From an uncultured virus (IMG/VR IMGVR_UViG_3300008459_007659) (Duplodnaviria; Heunggongvirae; Uroviricota; Caudoviricetes), in the IMG/VR virus record IMGVR_UViG_3300008459_007659, positions 62,001-126,000 of that record: 64,000 nt of DNA; one strand, 5' to 3'. Below, one piece after another: positions 60,286 through 64,000 of this stretch (positions within the stretch are counted from its first letter, which is position 1; each line of letters opens with the position of its first letter). A program made the translations under genes and the position numbers. The notes under the pieces are model-generated. The model ran no database searches, was not told the origin of the DNA, and saw nothing but the letters and a program-made list of their open reading frames with translations.

Positions 60286-62724
60286 ATGGCATATATACTC
60301 AAAAATACATCTGGTTTAATCAATACAAGAGTTACTGATACAGGTAGACAAAAATTATCTGAAGGTAACTTTAACATTGCGTATTTCCAAGTTGGGGATA
60401 GTGAAGTATCGTACAATGCATTATCGTCAACATATAATCAACCATATAGTATGGTATTGGAACCACCATTTAATAGTCAAAATAGTGCTGGTTCACCACA
60501 ATCAAATAGACAAAATGTTAAATACCCTTATTATGTAGATGGTTCTGCCGGTAATACATATGGAATTCCTTATATGGATTCGGTTATTGAACCTGTATTT
60601 AATAGAGCTCCTTTAAGAGGATTTTTTTCAGGAAATACTAGTGCAACCACAATTAGTTGGAGTGCTTTAACTAACAATAATTATGTAGTTAGCTCAAACT
60701 ATGTTGTAAATATGTGTTCTTTAAGTGGAACAAACCAAGTTGAATTAATATATTCTGGTTCTAATTTAATTAATGAGGGAATACCTTCAGTTGGTGATTT
60801 TATTACAATATATTATGACGGTAAATGGGATATAAATAACACTTGTTATAATTTACCAACCCCAACACCATCAGCGTCCGTCGCATCAACACCGACACCA
60901 ACCCCAACACCAAGTTCAACGTATACATTTGTGTGTTCGGCAACACCAACGCCAACACCAACTAAGACACCTTGTTTAACACCATCAAACACACCTGCGT
61001 GTCCTCCACCACCTATGGCGGATTGTTATATGTCAATTAATAGTTGTTATCCAATGATGACATATAGAATTATTGCGTACTGTAACAATGTTATTACTGT
61101 TGATAGGAATTTACCTGACTTTTCATCATTTTCTGGGTCATGTTATTCAAGAACATTAATCTATCCACCAAATATGACAACACTTTATGATAGTATAACA
61201 CCGGCACCTCATTGGAGTAGTGATGTTATTAATTTTGAAACTGTTTGTGATATTGATGAGTTTGATGTTAAAATATGGAACATGAATATTCCTTGGAGTG
61301 AAAATCCTGCAGGTTTATATCCTGCAACATATGAGGGATATGAATATTTTGGATCAATAGATTATCTTGGGACAAAAGAATATTTTGGATACGCATCAAG
61401 TTTGGGACAAAAAGACACTAGTTCGGTATATTACTACAATTCATTTGATGAAAAGATTACGGTACAACCTGAAGAACAAAAAGCAATTGCAATAATACAT
61501 TATACAAATCAAACCATTGACTTCTTCTATGGAGAGAAATTTGCGCTAGAACCATATGATTCCGCAAATCCTGATGATACAACAGGACAAGCAAGAAACT
61601 TTAAATTACATCTACCTTGGTTGATGTGGCATAAAAATCCTGCGTGTTGTTCGGGAGAAACATTTTGGGTTGATCCTGCGGGGTTTGAAGATAAAAATCT
61701 ATTTGATGTCCAATACATACAATCAAATAAAAATTCAGGGATGAATCAACCTGGTATTAGATATTATCATCTTTGGGATACTCACGCAAATGCTGATGGA
61801 TACCCAAGTAGAATTGGTAAAGTATTCCCTGATAGTAAGATAGTTATTATTGATGATGAGGAAATAATTGCGGCGATGTCATATAAGTCAAATAGAAACT
61901 GGACTTTACCAGCACCTCAAGTTTCCTTAGTAACCCCAAATACTTGTGGAACACCAACAACAACGGTAGATGGTATCTTAACAGGAAATAACGAAACTAT
62001 GTATGTGACTTATAGATTCACAAATCAAACTGGTTTTACAGATTCACTACATTGTAATTATTACTCAAAAGTAATCGGTAATAATAATGATTGTAATCCT
62101 GACACATCTAAAAATGTTGCATTAAGATTTGGTGCGGAATTCGGATGTATGGTACAACCTTCATACAGTGCTGGAACACCTTGTATTACTTCTTGTAACT
62201 ACTTACCTCAAGGATATTTTGGTACTAATTTTGAAATTCTGTGTCAAAAAGTTATAACAGGAAATAGACCTGACTCAACTCAATGGAGAATAATTGATTA
62301 TACCGATGTTATTAGTGCGTCAACAATTAATGGATATTTAACTCAAGATGGTATTACAGGCACGACATTCGTAATTACACCTGAATTATACAACGCAGCA
62401 CCATATTATAATTTAAATAATTACATATCCTTAACTACATTAGGATCCACAGGTGAAACATTAAATTTTGGTGATGAATTTTATTTTTATGGTGGTTTGG
62501 AAACAGATATCCAAGCAACAATATATGAAATGAAATATAAGATTAATTTGAGTAATGCTGAATTCTTAAACACATCAAATCCTACTTGGACTCAAGGAAC
62601 TAAATCATATATTACTGAGATTGCATTATTGGATAGAAATAAAGATATATTAGTAATGTCCAAACTACAATCACCAGTTCTAAGACAAGGTATCCAACAG
62701 TTCGTAGTTAAGTTAGATTTCTAA
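60286..62724 (+). CDS. baseplate/tail-fibre attachment protein (tail-collar-fibre-like ends) with PT repeats
   Basis: N-terminal TDTGRQKL......IAYFQVGD and C-terminal ITEIALLD...IL..SKL..P flank a long Cys- and PT-rich insert. Confidence 0.55.
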   Translation: MAYILKNTSGLINTRVTDTGRQKLSEGNFNIAYFQVGDSEVSYNALSSTYNQPYSMVLEPPFNSQNSAGSPQSNRQNVKYPYYVDGSAGNTYGIPYMDSVIEPVFNRAPLRGFFSGNTSATTISWSALTNNNYVVSSNYVVNMCSLSGTNQVELIYSGSNLINEGIPSVGDFITIYYDGKWDINNTCYNLPTPTPSASVASTPTPTPTPSSTYTFVCSATPTPTPTKTPCLTPSNTPACPPPPMADCYMSINSCYPMMTYRIIAYCNNVITVDRNLPDFSSFSGSCYSRTLIYPPNMTTLYDSITPAPHWSSDVINFETVCDIDEFDVKIWNMNIPWSENPAGLYPATYEGYEYFGSIDYLGTKEYFGYASSLGQKDTSSVYYYNSFDEKITVQPEEQKAIAIIHYTNQTIDFFYGEKFALEPYDSANPDDTTGQARNFKLHLPWLMWHKNPACCSGETFWVDPAGFEDKNLFDVQYIQSNKNSGMNQPGIRYYHLWDTHANADGYPSRIGKVFPDSKIVIIDDEEIIAAMSYKSNRNWTLPAPQVSLVTPNTCGTPTTTVDGILTGNNETMYVTYRFTNQTGFTDSLHCNYYSKVIGNNNDCNPDTSKNVALRFGAEFGCMVQPSYSAGTPCITSCNYLPQGYFGTNFEILCQKVITGNRPDSTQWRIIDYTDVISASTINGYLTQDGITGTTFVITPELYNAAPYYNLNNYISLTTLGSTGETLNFGDEFYFYGGLETDIQATIYEMKYKINLSNAEFLNTSNPTWTQGTKSYITEIALLDRNKDILVMSKLQSPVLRQGIQQFVVKLDF

Positions 62725-62774
62725 AAACTTTAATTTTAATTAATAGTTGTTATATTATTAATAAATCATTTTTT

Positions 62775-63383
62775 ATGACTAAAACTATTAAAAATTCACC
62801 AAAAGTCCTTGGACTAGATGTCTCAACAAGAACCATTGGGTGGGCATTATTTGATATTAAAGAACAAGAATTATTAGAATTAACTCACATCTCACCAAGA
62901 CCAAAAGCAAAAGACTTTGGAGATAATAAAATGATGGAGTTGTTACTTAAATCTGAAATATTCAGAACAAAATTATCCGAATATAAAAATTTAGGGATTG
63001 TTAATGTAGTTATTGAGGAACCGTTGTTGAACTCAAATAATGTCTATACAATTCAAACTCTTTTAAGATTTAACACATTAATATGTAAAGAAATTTATGA
63101 TGCGTTAGGTATAGTTCCCGAATTTATATCAACATATAACTCAAGAAAATTTGCATTCCCTGAATTAGTACAACCTAATGATAAAGGTAAGCATGTTTTA
63201 TTTGGGGGACTTCCAAAAGACATAGATAAGAAACAAATTATTTGGGATTTAGTGGCAAAAAAAGAACCTCAAATCCAATGGTTGTACACTAAAAATAACA
63301 CCTTAAAGAAAGAAAATTTTGATCAAACCGATGCTTATACCTGTGTATTAGGATATATGAACTCAAAAGAAATTTGGAAATAA
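62775..63383 (+). CDS. RuvC-like Holliday junction resolvase
   Basis: VLGLDVSTRTIGWA, VVIEEP and DQTDA give the RNase H-fold catalytic residues. Confidence 0.85.
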   Translation: MTKTIKNSPKVLGLDVSTRTIGWALFDIKEQELLELTHISPRPKAKDFGDNKMMELLLKSEIFRTKLSEYKNLGIVNVVIEEPLLNSNNVYTIQTLLRFNTLICKEIYDALGIVPEFISTYNSRKFAFPELVQPNDKGKHVLFGGLPKDIDKKQIIWDLVAKKEPQIQWLYTKNNTLKKENFDQTDAYTCVLGYMNSKEIWK

Positions 63384-63408
63384 TATCGGTTAGATAAAGG
63401 ATAATTTG

Positions 63409-63440
63409 AAATATCGTCTTTTTAGACGATATTTTTTTTT
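63409..63440. terminator. terminator between convergent genes, possibly bidirectional
   Basis: AAATATCGTCT-TTTT-AGACGATATTT perfect 11-bp stem, with a long T run on the + strand. Confidence 0.85.
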
Positions 63441-63999
63441 ATGGTGAACTCGGAGTTGGTGTTGGTGTTTGAGTCAATGTCGGAGTTGGTGTCGGAGTTA
63501 ATGTAACACAAGGACAATCAATAAAAACTATATTAATGTTATTACCTACAGGTATCTTATATGATTTTACAGTAATTGTTGAACCACCATTTATGTTTAT
63601 TACTTGAGTCTCGTTATTACTACAGTTTTTAATATTAAAAGTATTTGCAGTATATAGTAAATTAGTTACTTTATACTCACAACAAACATCAGGAGTTTGA
63701 GTTGGTGTTAATGTAGGTGTAGGTGTTGGTGTAGGTGTTGGAGTTGAACTAACAGGTGGAATACAAACAAGACATCCTCCTTCAGAAACTAAACCATTCT
63801 CAGTGTTCAAGACTATAATATCAACACCACTAATATTATCCGCAGTACCAATGTACTCAATACAAACATCTATCTCATTCACTTCCGCCTCATATACCAT
63901 ACCAATTACTGGAGTACCACCTGTCGGGTTTAATATAACATCAGTGGTTGAATAAATAAATCCATTTAAACAATCTTTGAATTGTTTGCTATTTGGACA
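63439..63999 (-). CDS. Cys-rich PT-repeat virion-type protein; partial, starts beyond the window end
   Basis: The frame stays open from 63900 to the window edge (CPNSKQFKDCLNGFIYSTTDV...). Two PTPTPT tracts and Cys pairs. Confidence 0.7.
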   Translation of the reverse strand, partial: CPNSKQFKDCLNGFIYSTTDVILNPTGGTPVIGMVYEAEVNEIDVCIEYIGTADNISGVDIIVLNTENGLVSEGGCLVCIPPVSSTPTPTPTPTPTLTPTQTPDVCCEYKVTNLLYTANTFNIKNCSNNETQVININGGSTITVKSYKIPVGNNINIVFIDCPCVTLTPTPTPTLTQTPTPTPSSP

Positions 64000-64000
64000 T

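Noticed and set aside
413..61718. Short nested or antisense ORFs in the track (e.g. 413-601, 3075-3293, 10103-10336, 25052-25282, 31026-31319, 33959-34339, 53098-54680)
   Set aside because: They are shadows of long, motif-bearing genes, often produced by low-complexity repeats, with no independent signals.
1..64000. Stop-codon reassignment, as in some jumbo and crAss-like phages
   Set aside because: Long genes are intact under the standard code, and TGA and TAG terminate genes at sensible positions (e.g. 1996, 30591, 37156, 4037).
1..64000. tRNA, rRNA or large ncRNA genes
   Set aside because: Intergenic gaps are at most about 120 nt, AT-rich, and explained by terminators and promoter motifs; no cloverleaf seen.

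Overview
This window is 64 kb of an AT-rich, densely coding jumbo-type myovirus genome (contractile tail, T4-like gene set, standard genetic code). The host is most likely Bacteroidota, inferred from A-rich leaders without Shine-Dalgarno sequences, SprB-type repeats and a GxASP-type OmpA domain. It opens with a partial SNF2 helicase (minus strand) and a neck/tail module: tail completion protein, sheath, tube, assembly chaperone, tape measure, tube initiator, LysM/gp53-like protein and a giant hub. A replication/nucleotide block follows (gp32-like SSB, RecA/UvsX, 5'-3' exonuclease, DnaB/gp41 helicase, free-standing GIY-YIG endonuclease, nrdB, nrdA). After it come baseplate wedge genes, a long Cys-rich fibre/adhesin module, a RuvC-like resolvase and a partial minus-strand PT-repeat gene. 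Main findings: (1) an uncalled ORF after the tail chaperone, reachable by a +1 slip at UUU_CGG; (2) a sense-strand TATTTAT(A) motif, the reverse complement of the T4 late promoter, upstream of about 17 genes; (3) a candidate peptide-tag/anchor docking system for the tail fibres; (4) an OmpA-like domain inserted in the tube initiator; (5) an RHH regulator with a candidate operator next to the sheath promoter. All product calls come from recognising motifs by eye; no database searches were run.
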